Under the pieces are notes generated by a model, which ran no database searches, was not told the origin of the DNA, and saw only the letters and a list, made by a program, of their open reading frames with translations. This document shows, piece by piece, positions 48,801 to 59,200 of a stretch of 64,000 bases of DNA (position 1 is its first letter; every line of letters begins with the position of its first letter). The stretch lies in IMG/VR virus record IMGVR_UViG_2626542208_000008; one strand, given 5' to 3'. Both the position numbers and the translations under genes were made by a program. Source of the DNA: an uncultured virus (IMG/VR IMGVR_UViG_2626542208_000008) (taxonomy: Duplodnaviria > Heunggongvirae > Uroviricota > Caudoviricetes).

Positions 48801-49591
48801 TCCACGATCGGATTGACGCGATTGACATATCAGGCCAATCGTCTGGAGTCGGCGAATATCTGACCTTTACGACGCGATAACCTGCCATTAGAGCAGGCTC
48901 TAAATCAATGTGAGTGATCTGATCTTTTTCGATCAGGTGGAGCTGACGCCACATGTGACCGTAGCAATCGCCGTCGCGCTGAAAAGCGATGCGATCAACA
49001 CTGGTAGCCATGTGTTTTACTCCTCGGGTGAGTGAGTGAACGCGAACCAAATGAAGCGAAAAACATCGTACCAGCGAAGGATGATCATGCGCGCGCCTCA
49101 TGCCCACAACGTGGCGCTTGACACACGTAGGGCGCCTCAGAGCGCATCACGTAATGACACTTCGGGCAGATCCACTCTCGTCGCGAGGTACAAAGCGCGA
49201 CAATGCCGTTGACGATCGGCGCGACGTTGTTTGAATACCAGTGCTCACGCATGCGCGAAAGACACTCGTCTCGCGTCCAAGATCCGCCGATACTGCTACC
49301 GCGCGAGATACCCCACGATGCGTGCCGATGGATCTCGTAACTCCAGCCGAAAGCTCCCGCGTAAGCGACCCACACGGTTTGCGGCTCGACAAGATCGAAC
49401 ATGATCGTGGGTCCGGTAAGCTCACCACATAGAGTTGCGATCTGCACCGAAAGATCGTCAAAGGCTTCTTTTTCCGAGGAGCGCGCATTGCTTTCAACGT
49501 TCCCGAGCTTGGCGCGGTACTCGGTTTTGCGCGACTTGCGCGTCACACCGTAGGTGCGCTTGTCGCATGTGCCGATGAGACGGATAGCCAT
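45854..49591 (-). other. Cluster of about 12 small early-type hypothetical genes (e.g. 46291-46770, 46767-46967, 46964-47206, 47203-47385, 47478-47630, 47630-47839, 47853-48233, 48230-48712 with CxxCxGxG, 48709-49011, 49085-49591)
   Basis: Coupled starts/stops, strong RBSs. Confidence 0.7.
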
Positions 49592-49600
49592 GTGATCTCC

Positions 49601-49650
49601 TTTGACAAAGCAGAAACGCCACTACCTAAGACGTATCCAGGTAGTGGCGT
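49601..49650 (-). terminator. Intrinsic-terminator-like hairpin directly upstream of the early operon
   Basis: 12-bp perfect stem acgccactacct/aggtagtggcgt (49616-49650) followed on - strand by ttctgcttt. Confidence 0.6.
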
Positions 49651-50220
49651 CATGCGGAATCAAAAGAGTGTTTCAATGGACGGGAAAGCGATTGCTTCCC
49701 GTGTTTGTCAAGCCCCCGATCGTGCGAGCATGACAGGTTGCCGATTAGCAGACCCACAAAGCTTTTCTACCTGTTAGTGGGTTATGTGGGCGAGACGTTC
49801 CACGCGAAAGGGGTTTCGGGCATCGGCCACACTGGGCATAGGATGCGCCGCGAAACCATAGCCGGGGCTTGCTGGGATATCTAGTGCGCCTCGATAGGGG
49901 ACTAGGGTCCAGATCCCAAGGGTACCGCGCCATTGCATAGCGCGCGATAGCTTCACATTTCGCGTTCATTTGACTCGCCAGGGAAACGACGTCGCGCACG
50001 TGCGCCTCGTTTCGCGGCCCGTAGCTCCTACCGGCTACCGCGTTCTTACCCTACCCCGTGACAGGGGGCCTTTACACAAGGTCTACCGGGATAGCGCGAG
50101 CCTTGCGGCCCGAGTGCCTACCATGCGCCGGTTACGCTATTCGCCTACGGGTCGGTCCCGCGGTATCCCTTGACTCCCACGCGCCCCCAGTCCCCCCCGG
50201 GTTACTGCCGTCCCCCTAAT

Positions 50221-50500
50221 CTGTATGACTTGAGTATATGCTCAAAGCATACCATATCCATTACCTTAATGAAATCAACTACTTAACTATACCGCAATGC
50301 GTTAAAGTATGACGCGGGAGTCATGTAAGCAGATTAATGCTAATTATTTCGGTAACTTATCGGTATGCAATGATTGCAGACTGTCGTTTTATTAGACACC
50401 TACCGGCTAACTAAGCAATATTATGGAAGATTTTACCTTGCCGTAATATTACCGTATTTGTGTCACACATGTGGGCTTTCGGCACAAATACGGCAAAGGT
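50221..50500. other. AT-rich non-coding island with inverted repeats (origin/terminus/recombination-site candidate)
   Basis: Sharp AT rise; IR ccgtatttgtg/cacaaatacgg; interrupted palindrome 50223-50252. Confidence 0.5.
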
Positions 50501-50502
50501 GT

Positions 50503-50727
50503 CTACACTTCCCTACCCTGTCGCCATGGTCGGGTCTGGTAGGTGTGGCGGATACACTTGCGGATCGCATGAGAGCGACCCCCAAACGTGTCCCCTTCAT
50601 CGCGCATCTTTGACGCGAGATCTTGACAAAGCTCGTCGAGCATGCTCAGCGTTTCGACGTCGATTTTCATCGCGACCAGGATCGATAGATTCGTTTTCGG
50701 TCGACCCGGTTTCTTTTTCGCTTGCAT
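50503..50727 (-). CDS. Ribbon-helix-helix protein with AT-hook-like PGRPK
   Basis: KKPGRPK...VAMKIDVETLSMLDEL...RSHAIRKCIR; resembles 28044-28259. Confidence 0.65.
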   Translation of the reverse strand: MQAKKKPGRPKTNLSILVAMKIDVETLSMLDELCQDLASKMRDEGDTFGGRSHAIRKCIRHTYQTRPWRQGREV

Positions 50728-50893
50728 AGAACACATACTAGATGCCTACACGACACGTGTCAATCGCGTACCTTCCGCACCGCGCGGATCAACCAATCCA
50801 ATTGCGCCTCCTTCGCAAGGTTGAACTTCTCCTCACATCCCTGATAGTCTCCGCCACGGGAAACGCGGTGGACGACCCGCGTAAGCTAGCTTT

Positions 50894-51019
50894 TTACCGC
50901 CGATCGATTCCGACGAGCTTCCGCAATCCCAACCGCACCCAGGTCGTGAGATCGAATCCGGCCTCTCGAGCCTTCTGCTCAAAAGCAGCCTTCTTGGTGG
51001 GCAAGATCAATACGGCCAT
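50894..51019 (-). CDS. Small RHH-like protein
   Basis: KAAFEQKAREAGFDLTTWVRLGL; start uncertain. Confidence 0.5.
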   Translation of the reverse strand: MAVLILPTKKAAFEQKAREAGFDLTTWVRLGLRKLVGIDRR

Positions 51020-51071
51020 CGGGTTGAGTAACGCCGAACAACTCCCCCTGGCCGCCGTCTCCCCGCCTGCT

Positions 51072-51278
51072 ATGTCAGTAGCCCCGTCAATCATCGCCCA
51101 GATCGAAAAATGGCTCAACGATCACGACGGAGAGTACAGCGCAGACCAGATTGCTCAAGCCATTGGAGCGAAAAACAGAGAGACGGTGCGGCAGCTGCTC
51201 TCGCGGCTGGCCGGGAAGGGGAAGGTTCTGAAGGGCGTCAGGCCGGGTGTATGGCGCGGTCCGGCTCACTACAAGTAG
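51072..51278 (+). CDS. Winged-helix DNA-binding protein
   Basis: YSADQIAQAIG..RETVRQLLSRL..KGKV...RPGVW. Confidence 0.75.
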   Translation: MSVAPSIIAQIEKWLNDHDGEYSADQIAQAIGAKNRETVRQLLSRLAGKGKVLKGVRPGVWRGPAHYK

Positions 51279-51461
51279 TAACGGGGGTGCCGCCATGCGG
51301 CTGACAATAGAACGGGCGCCCTGGCTTCGTGGCGCGAGACACAAATAACGAGCGGGGCCGACGTGGAAGACATCGCTTCCCAACGTTGAACTTCCACGTC
51401 GGCCTGACTTCACGTAGATAGCAAGTTCAAGATCGTTTGTCAAATCGACAGCTTAACCTAT

Positions 51462-53981
51462 TCACGCGGCCTTTCCAAACTGTGCCTGATGCTCCACTGG
51501 AATCGGTCCCCACGGGACTAACTCTTTCCGCTCGTTATAGACAGGCTCCATGCTTTTATCCCACCAGAAACCCAACGCGGTCTCCGCCTTCCACACCACG
51601 TCCGGTGCGATCAATTTACCTGACGCCATCATGATCTCGGCGATACGTGGTCCAGATAAATACGCCGTCGACAAGATCAACTCACTCAAAGGTTCGTCAT
51701 GCATAAACGCTGGCAAACGACATCCAGCAAGTGGTGACGCTAATCCGTCATCCTTCACACCGAGGTAACACTCACGCGTCGCCGTCACGTACGCGTGCTT
51801 GCCGATGTCCGCGAGCATCGATTGGAACCCGTTGTTGAGCATCGCGGAGATCTCTTCATCCCACTTGAGAAATCCGCGCTCCCGAATGATCCGCGGCATG
51901 CCCTCCTTCGCGTCCCAGACAACCGAAGGAGCTGGTCGCTTCTGCTTGATCATACTCTTGCCCCAGTTGTGATAGTCCTTGATCTCTGGGAACCGTCGAA
52001 AGTAAGCAGGCGAGAGCACGTTCGCCTCAATCTCCACGCACTTCTTACAGACCGGGATGCAATCGAATCCCTTCCATTTCATGATCTTCTCGATGCCGCA
52101 TCGCTTCTCGCCGCCGACAAGGATGCAAAAGCGAATGCCCCAGTACCCGGGCTCACCCTTGGCGTTCTCCGCCGGGCCACCTTCACACACCGTGAAGCCG
52201 GCGTTCTTCTTCCGGTTGGTGTAGACGATCTTCGGCGGCCCCATCATCGCCGGTTTGCCGAAGTTGAGCGGCTTCGACGCCTGCCGAAAGTCGACCGCCT
52301 GCTTGTCCTTCGCCTTGAGTCGCTTCAAGAACTCGTCAAGCGGAAGTCCAAGCACCTCGGCGGCCAATTCGGAGTGCAAGATACCCGGATCACCACTGGC
52401 GTTGATTGCATCCCGCATCTGCGAGTAGTCGAAAGCCCAGTAAGTGTATTGCGCGAGCGCACACAACTCACCAGCAGAGTAATCAGTCGACCCGAGCACG
52501 TACTCAATCGAAGAACCACACCACGCACCGCGAGCGCGGATGCACTTACGCTCACCGCCAGCACGAGGGAACTGGTGAATCGGCGACCCTTCGTAGGAAC
52601 ATCTCCCTGTCGCGAGGAGCACGTTGGGGTTGTAAGGAAGCGGTGCAGTCAGACCTTTTCGCAAGTACGGCAAGAATGTGCTGTGCGATTTCTCGAACTC
52701 GTTCTCACCGTAGTCGGAGAGATCGTCATCACCACTCTCCATACACACGTCGCGATCGGTACCGATCCCGTTCTTGTCCGTTCGAGGCAACATAGGTGCC
52801 GTCGTCAAATCGAACCCAGTCCCGTCACACCCAAGATCACCAGAATCCGTCTTGATGACCTTGCAGTTGATCTCATTACCGAGCTTGTCGAGCTTCCGCC
52901 GCCCATTGCAAACTACGCACTGGTCTCCGATGCAGCCCCGATACCTTCCCTTGACCTTCTCACCACGACAATCGATCTCGGTGACGTTTCGAATCTTTCC
53001 AGTACCACCACAACGCACACACACGCCAGTCGCACTGTAGGCGATAGCGACAGAGCGTTTGACCGCGGCCTGATCTTCGGTCTCGTCCTCGCGAATCCAC
53101 CCCTTCTTCTGGAACCGCTCGATTGCGACAGCACGTTTCTTTTCTACTTCAGCAGTAAGTTTTGTTACACGCTCGGGATCCGTCCGCAACGACCACGCCG
53201 CCCCAAGTTTGAGCGCGAATTCGGCCTCGACCTGCGCCGCGAGGTTGTCTTGGTTCTTGAACTGAACGATCGGTGCCTTCACACAATGTTCGTCAGCGGC
53301 AGGCCAAGAAAACGTCAACTCGCCGAAACAGAACTTGCACCTCGTCTGCGACTGCACGACACCCGGAACGCTCGGGATCTCCTCCCACTCGTGATTGCCT
53401 GGCTTACCGAAAATCTGCGTCGCGGCGATCTCCACCGTGTTATCAGTATCGTTGATGGGGTACACCTTGGCCTCTACCGGCCACCGGTATGCCGGGATCC
53501 CCTGCAATAGCGCATACGACTTCCGCCACACATCGTTCTTTTTGGCGTCCTCGCGCCCGAGCACGAGCTTGGTGGTGATGTCTAGGCTGTACCGCTTGGA
53601 GACCTTACCCTTGGAGTCGCGCAATTCCTTCCCAGTCGGATCAAGACCGAGATGCCCGTAGTAGATCGCGTCAAGGCTCTGAGAAGTCAGAACATCGTGG
53701 ATGAGACCTTCACGCAGTGCTTGGAATATCGCCGCCAACAACGACGGATCGGCCTGCGCGGCACAGAGGAGATCATATGATGCGTTCGCGAACGCGATGA
53801 CGTACTTCGCCTCCAAGTACGCCTTGAGCGTGGTCCAGACCGAGGTCGGGTTGTCGAACAACTCACCTTCAATCTTACCGTTAACTCTAGACGTCGAACC
53901 ACAAACTACTGGCGGTGCAGCAAGACCAGGACGAAACAGATGCGTTTCGGTGTCTAGCGCACGGAGGCGAGAGAGATCCAC
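51462..53981 (-). CDS. polA: Family A DNA polymerase with 3'-5' exonuclease and Cys-rich insertions
   Basis: Exo ALDTET, NASYD, YPIND; motif A DYSAGEL; motif B RQASKPLNFG; motif C FMHDE. Confidence 0.92.
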   Translation of the reverse strand: MDLSRLRALDTETHLFRPGLAAPPVVCGSTSRVNGKIEGELFDNPTSVWTTLKAYLEAKYVIAFANASYDLLCAAQADPSLLAAIFQALREGLIHDVLTSQSLDAIYYGHLGLDPTGKELRDSKGKVSKRYSLDITTKLVLGREDAKKNDVWRKSYALLQGIPAYRWPVEAKVYPINDTDNTVEIAATQIFGKPGNHEWEEIPSVPGVVQSQTRCKFCFGELTFSWPAADEHCVKAPIVQFKNQDNLAAQVEAEFALKLGAAWSLRTDPERVTKLTAEVEKKRAVAIERFQKKGWIREDETEDQAAVKRSVAIAYSATGVCVRCGGTGKIRNVTEIDCRGEKVKGRYRGCIGDQCVVCNGRRKLDKLGNEINCKVIKTDSGDLGCDGTGFDLTTAPMLPRTDKNGIGTDRDVCMESGDDDLSDYGENEFEKSHSTFLPYLRKGLTAPLPYNPNVLLATGRCSYEGSPIHQFPRAGGERKCIRARGAWCGSSIEYVLGSTDYSAGELCALAQYTYWAFDYSQMRDAINASGDPGILHSELAAEVLGLPLDEFLKRLKAKDKQAVDFRQASKPLNFGKPAMMGPPKIVYTNRKKNAGFTVCEGGPAENAKGEPGYWGIRFCILVGGEKRCGIEKIMKWKGFDCIPVCKKCVEIEANVLSPAYFRRFPEIKDYHNWGKSMIKQKRPAPSVVWDAKEGMPRIIRERGFLKWDEEISAMLNNGFQSMLADIGKHAYVTATRECYLGVKDDGLASPLAGCRLPAFMHDEPLSELILSTAYLSGPRIAEIMMASGKLIAPDVVWKAETALGFWWDKSMEPVYNERKELVPWGPIPVEHQAQFGKAA

Positions 53982-53983
53982 AA

Positions 53984-55285
53984 TCAGCCCCCGACAATCA
54001 TCGTCGTACGCATCGTCGAACGCGTCATAGAAGTATATAACCACCTCGACGCGAACGAGGTTCGTTCGCCGCTCGGCAACGTGGTCGGTTTGCGAAAGTG
54101 CTTGCTGCGATCATCTCCACCGCACAGGAACACCGTGGTTCGCCTCGCTTGGCTTCCCTGCGCCGCGTGCGCAGTCAAGGCGTACCCCCAAGTAACTGGC
54201 AGAGGTTCAGGTAGGCACTTCTTCCTCAAAATGATGTGATAGTTCTTCCAGTTCTCCACCCACGGCTGTCCGCCGTCGAAGAACTCGCCCTCGCGCCCGT
54301 TGCCGCCTCCACCCTCGAACGACACCAAGATCTTCTCGCCACCCAAGACCTTCATCCACATCGTCTGCATGGTGTCGATCGGCTCAGCGGCCTCGAACCC
54401 GGCGCAGATGACGATCTCGCCGTTCAGTCGACCTTGACCGTTCTTCTTAATGAGGACGGGCTCGCCCTCATCGGGGAGCGGCCCACCGTGACCGAGGCGC
54501 TCGCGGATCATCTTGTTCGCGGTCATGCGCACGGCGTTGCGCCAGGTAACGAGCAAGTGATCGTCCCGATCCGCGAGGTATTCTTCCACCGCGGTCTCGG
54601 TCGGATGCCGCACCTGCATGAACTCGTAGCCGTTCTTGGTCGCGACGTCGTCGATGTCTGACTGCCGACAAATCTCTCCCGTCTCGCGCACCCTCGTCGC
54701 GGCGCGCAAAACGCCGCCCGCGTTACGCATAACGGTCTTCAACTCGCCGCCGTCAACGTGCGCAAACACAGAGTAGTCCTCACCAAATTCCTTCAACTCC
54801 TGTCCAGTGATGACCGGCGGAAGTTGGAAAGCGTCGCCGACCAGAAGGAAACTCACACCCGACGATGCCCACACCTGCATGTCACGAAACACCGCAGGCG
54901 TACACATCGATGCCTCGTCAGTGATGACCAAGTTGGACTCGGACTCACGAAGCCGCGTAAAACGAAGATCCTCACCACCCTTCGGTGGATAGTAGAGTTT
55001 GGCGTGAAGCGTCGACGCAGGACGCTCAGCAAGCTGTTGAAGCCGCAACGCGGCCTTTCCCGTCATCGCCGTAAGCAAAGCACTCGGAAATCGGGTGACG
55101 ATCTCTCGCACTAGAGTCGTCTTGCCGGTGCCGGCGGGGCCAGTCACCGAAAAGAAACAACCCTCGTCTACGTGCGCGTACCACTCGGTGATCGCATCGA
55201 GCACGTTGAGCTGTTCGACCGTCCACGGAAACGAAGGAGGCGCAGGATATGACGGTGCCGGTGGGATCAAATCGAACAGGCTCAA
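53984..55285 (-). CDS. Dda/RecD-like SF1B helicase
   Basis: GPAGTGKT, DEASM, GDAFQLPPV, YALTAHAAQGSQ, LYTSMTR. Confidence 0.92.
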   Translation of the reverse strand: MSLFDLIPPAPSYPAPPSFPWTVEQLNVLDAITEWYAHVDEGCFFSVTGPAGTGKTTLVREIVTRFPSALLTAMTGKAALRLQQLAERPASTLHAKLYYPPKGGEDLRFTRLRESESNLVITDEASMCTPAVFRDMQVWASSGVSFLLVGDAFQLPPVITGQELKEFGEDYSVFAHVDGGELKTVMRNAGGVLRAATRVRETGEICRQSDIDDVATKNGYEFMQVRHPTETAVEEYLADRDDHLLVTWRNAVRMTANKMIRERLGHGGPLPDEGEPVLIKKNGQGRLNGEIVICAGFEAAEPIDTMQTMWMKVLGGEKILVSFEGGGGNGREGEFFDGGQPWVENWKNYHIILRKKCLPEPLPVTWGYALTAHAAQGSQARRTTVFLCGGDDRSKHFRKPTTLPSGERTSFASRWLYTSMTRSTMRTTMIVGG

Positions 55286-55300
55286 GAGATTAGCTCCTCA

Positions 55301-55363
55301 CAAGAAAAACGAGCGCCGCCTGGACTGGCTTGTAGTATTGCGACCGGTAACCAGGCGGCACTC
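55301..55363 (-). terminator. Long hairpin with downstream T-tract
   Basis: gagtgccgcctgg...ccaggcggcgctc followed by gtttttctt on - strand. Confidence 0.55.
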
Positions 55364-55371
55364 TCGAACTA

Positions 55372-56100
55372 CTACCGACCCGCGATAAGATCCGCCTCGG
55401 TCTTCACCGTCTGTCCGAGGTACCAGTACCCGACCGCCGTCGGGTGCTTCTGCCACCCGGCAGACATCGCGGCCTGGAGCGGGTTGGCAACTGGAGGTGC
55501 CGCCACCGGAGCCGTCGGCACACCAGGAACACCCGGAGCCGGAGCCGGAGGCGCCACTGCCGTCGTCGGAGCCGAACCCGCCGACACATCGAGCTTGGCT
55601 CGACGCGCGAGCACGTTCGGCGACCCCGGGATGTTCTCCCCGGGAACCGCGAACCAGTTCACGCCCTGAAAGTCCTCACCGTCCTTCTTGTTGGTGTGAA
55701 AGGTGATGCCCTTGATCAACATTCCGCGCGCGGCTTGCGCCGGACCGCCAATCTCGTCGAGCGTCGGACCGAGTTGCTCCGGCGTGACCTTCTTCTCGTC
55801 AAAACCGAGAAGCCCGAGAGCGTACGCCTTCAAGTTCGGCTTCGCCATGACCGCCGCGTCACCGTACAAGGGCAGGAAGTAGCCCCAGGACGAACCCACC
55901 GGAGTCGGATCGACCCCGTCCTTGATCTTCTTCGCCTCCACGATCTCGTGCTCGATGATGATCGCGTCACCAGCCTTCGTGTTCTTCACGAAGCACGCCT
56001 TGTGCAAGAAGATGTACTCACCGTCATTGAGTCGCTGACGCGCGACCGTCGCCTCGGCCTTTGCTGCCTCGTACCCGAATCCCTGTGGAAAGAACGCCAT
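55372..56100 (-). CDS. Putative ssDNA-binding protein with Pro/Ala-rich tail
   Basis: AAGGAG RBS before ATG 56100; beta-rich core; position in replication module. Function inferred from context. Confidence 0.5.
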   Translation of the reverse strand: MAFFPQGFGYEAAKAEATVARQRLNDGEYIFLHKACFVKNTKAGDAIIIEHEIVEAKKIKDGVDPTPVGSSWGYFLPLYGDAAVMAKPNLKAYALGLLGFDEKKVTPEQLGPTLDEIGGPAQAARGMLIKGITFHTNKKDGEDFQGVNWFAVPGENIPGSPNVLARRAKLDVSAGSAPTTAVAPPAPAPGVPGVPTAPVAAPPVANPLQAAMSAGWQKHPTAVGYWYLGQTVKTEADLIAGR

Positions 56101-56299
56101 GATCTCTTCTCCTTGTTCGGTTACTTGTTCGTTGTCATTGTTTCGTTTAGTGGTACTTTCGTTTTCGACTCGTTCTTCACTTCGCTCGTTTTCGTTCTCA
56201 TTTGCGACTTCGTTCGCTGCCTCGATCTTGTTCTCTTGGCCTCCTCTGTAGTGTTTAATTCTCGCTTTTGAAATCTCTGCGCCAATGTGGTGTCGCGCG

Positions 56300-59200
56300 T
56301 CATACGCTGAATCCAACGTCCGCGGCCAAGATCAGTTGTCGGTTCGGTGTCGTCGCTTCGATGAACTCCGCGAGCCGAAGTGCTTTCCGAATCGCGTCTC
56401 GGTTCTCCGACACGTGGATGTACACTTCGGTCTCCACCGTTTCGGCTTCTTGACCCTCGCGCACAAGTCTGCCCAAACAGTTCCCGACAATCGCAACTTT
56501 GCCGTTTCGACGCGTGACAATTGCGCCCGTATCTACACTCACGCACCATACACGTTCGTCAGAACGACTCGGCAACTTCTGCCACACTGGTCGTGCGTCA
56601 CTTGCTCTACGACAAAATGACCAGTAGCACTGTTCTGAAATGTACAACTTGTAGATAGGTTTATGTCTCTTCTGTTTATATGTAGCCACATTACATCTAA
56701 GCCCGTGCCTTACACAAAGTGCTTGAATTTTATCTGCTACAACCTTTCGAGCAGTACATATAGAAGTCGTAGACGGAAAGTAGTCATACGTACCGACAGT
56801 CTTGCTACCGTCACCAATCCACATCCCTTCCAATAACAGTCGAAGCTGTCTAGATGACACACGCTCCAATAATGGAGACAGATCCTTATTTAGGTAGTCT
56901 CTCAACTTCCACCAACCGAGGCCGTGCATCTTCGTACCTCTACCGCTGGAGATACACCACTTGTGAAGTGGGTACTTTCGTTTTCCAAAATTTGACGGTC
57001 TCGTATACAACTGATGCCGAAATTTAAAATCGCATCCGCGTACAATCTCTTCGCATCTAGACACCATAGACGGATAGCGTTCCGACTGAAAAACAGAAAC
57101 CGTCAAATTGTTATGACTATAGTTACCGTCGGTCATAAACAAGCCTATGAACAACAGTTCATAGTCTGTAAGGTCAACACCTTTGTTTGATTGCATGCCT
57201 GAAATTGGTATCACACCCTTTAACGGCATGTTCTCAGCTTCGACAAACTGATTTAGTCCATACTTCCAACTACCACCTTTAAATTTGTATGGTTTGCAAA
57301 TCATCCGATGGTCAGCAGTAACTCTAATGTCAAGATGCGCGTTTTTAATACCCCACATTGACTCTGAGCCTAGACGTCGCTCTACACGACGTTTGCAGCG
57401 TTGCCACCTAATAGACCCATCACGTATCTCATACGCTGCTACTCGTGCCTGTCCGATCGAGTCATCGATCCCGACCCAACCCTTGTTCGTTAGTACCTCT
57501 GTCTGCGCATCGAGACACTGCTCCCAGATATCCGCCGACGACGGCGGCTCAGCGATCAACTGCTTGTAGAACTTGTACTGGAGTCCGTCTCGGCCCGTTC
57601 CATGGGCTCGCATGCTCGCAATCACCGATCGCGATCCATCCTCGGCCAAGATCGCCGCCTCGGCGTCGATCCCTCCCGCGTGGTACGGCAAGCCCGCCAA
57701 CTCGGCAACCTTCTTACCAAACGCACGCGACTGGCACCAGACGATCCCGCGATTCTCCTTCGCCCACTGCGCCGCGTCGCGTGCAAGGTAGTCGTCGATC
57801 CACTTCGAACGCGGATCAGGCTGGACCGTGTTCTTCACCTTGGCCCAGTCTCGCCACGTCTCGGAGAACCACTTCGGCAAGTCCCCGTCGTATGGCGGTG
57901 TCCGCCACGCGCGCTCGGCCGCGTTCTCGCACAAGGCCGGAGAGTCGAGGTGCGGTTCCCCTCGCATAATCTTCACGCGCAACTCTTTGTTCCACAGCTT
58001 GCGCTTGGCGAACCACTCCTCAATGACCTCTACCGGCTCCATCTTGGGATACGCCCAGTAGTCGTAGAACCCGGAGGCGACTTCACGCGCGCACTTGAGC
58101 TGCTCCATCGCCTCGACCAACTCTTCGCCGTCCGGTCGCACCCACGCACCGCGAACCTCGGCGAGCGCCGCCTTGACCGTCTCGGGCATCGGCGGCGCCT
58201 TACGCTCGTTGATCGAGATTGAGCAGGTGACCGACGACGTCTTCGTAGAGATGACGCCGCAAGTCTCTATCACTCTCTGCTTATAGCCCTCGCGTACGTC
58301 CGGCATTCCTGACACGAAGAACTTGGGCTTGTCGTTTAGAGATGGATCACCGAACGCGTTCCGCAACGCCCTCGCGGTCGAAGAGTTGGTATCAGGAACC
58401 GGCGACGGATCAATCACCAGTGCCACCGCCTCGACCGTATCTGACTTGAGCGGGTACGGCGATCCCATCCCGAGCGAGTGCGCCGAGAGGTGCGCGACAT
58501 CCTTGACGGTCTTCTTGACGGTCGACCCTGACCAGTTGCAAACGATCTTGCCGTTGTTCTGTTCGAGATATCGAACCCACCGCATTGATCGCGATGAGTT
58601 CAACGACGCTAACAAGTGACATTCATCGTCGACCAACATGTCGAGGTTGAGCTGTTCCAAAAGCAACGTTGATTTCTTATTCGACAATAACGAGTACGGA
58701 ATGAAATGTACCGCAGGCGATCCAGTGACGACGAAGCTCTCGACCTCCGACTTGTCGAAGATGAGGCTCGGTACGCGGAAATGCTCGCGGAGCTGCAAGT
58801 ACGCCCGGTAGTAGTGTAGTCGCTGATCAGGTTTCGCGAGAATGCCGGCGGTCTTACACTTGACCGCGAGCGGAGCCAAGATACCCGCAATTGTCTTACC
58901 GCCACCGACGGAAATCATGCCGAAGATCCCGCCCGCCTTCGGAAGCTCATCAAGAATCCACGACTGCACCGGATTGAGCGTCGTCAAGCAGACCGGGTGC
59001 CCAAGACCAGCCAACGTCGCGGTCATCCCCGGCCTCAACGCCTGCACGATCTTGTTCGTCTTCGGATCGTGCAGGCCGTCAAGACAAAAGGAATCGATCG
59101 ACATCTCGACCGGAGGCGGCGGAGGTAGTCCCGGGCGACTTGTATGAAACACACGAATGCTACCGTTGCCAATCACTTCTATGTATCGATCCCGACAAGC

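Noticed and set aside
51795..53510. 571-aa + strand ORF, and many similar long shadow ORFs
   Set aside because: Antisense to the polymerase; open shadow frames are expected in high-GC3 genes; no motifs
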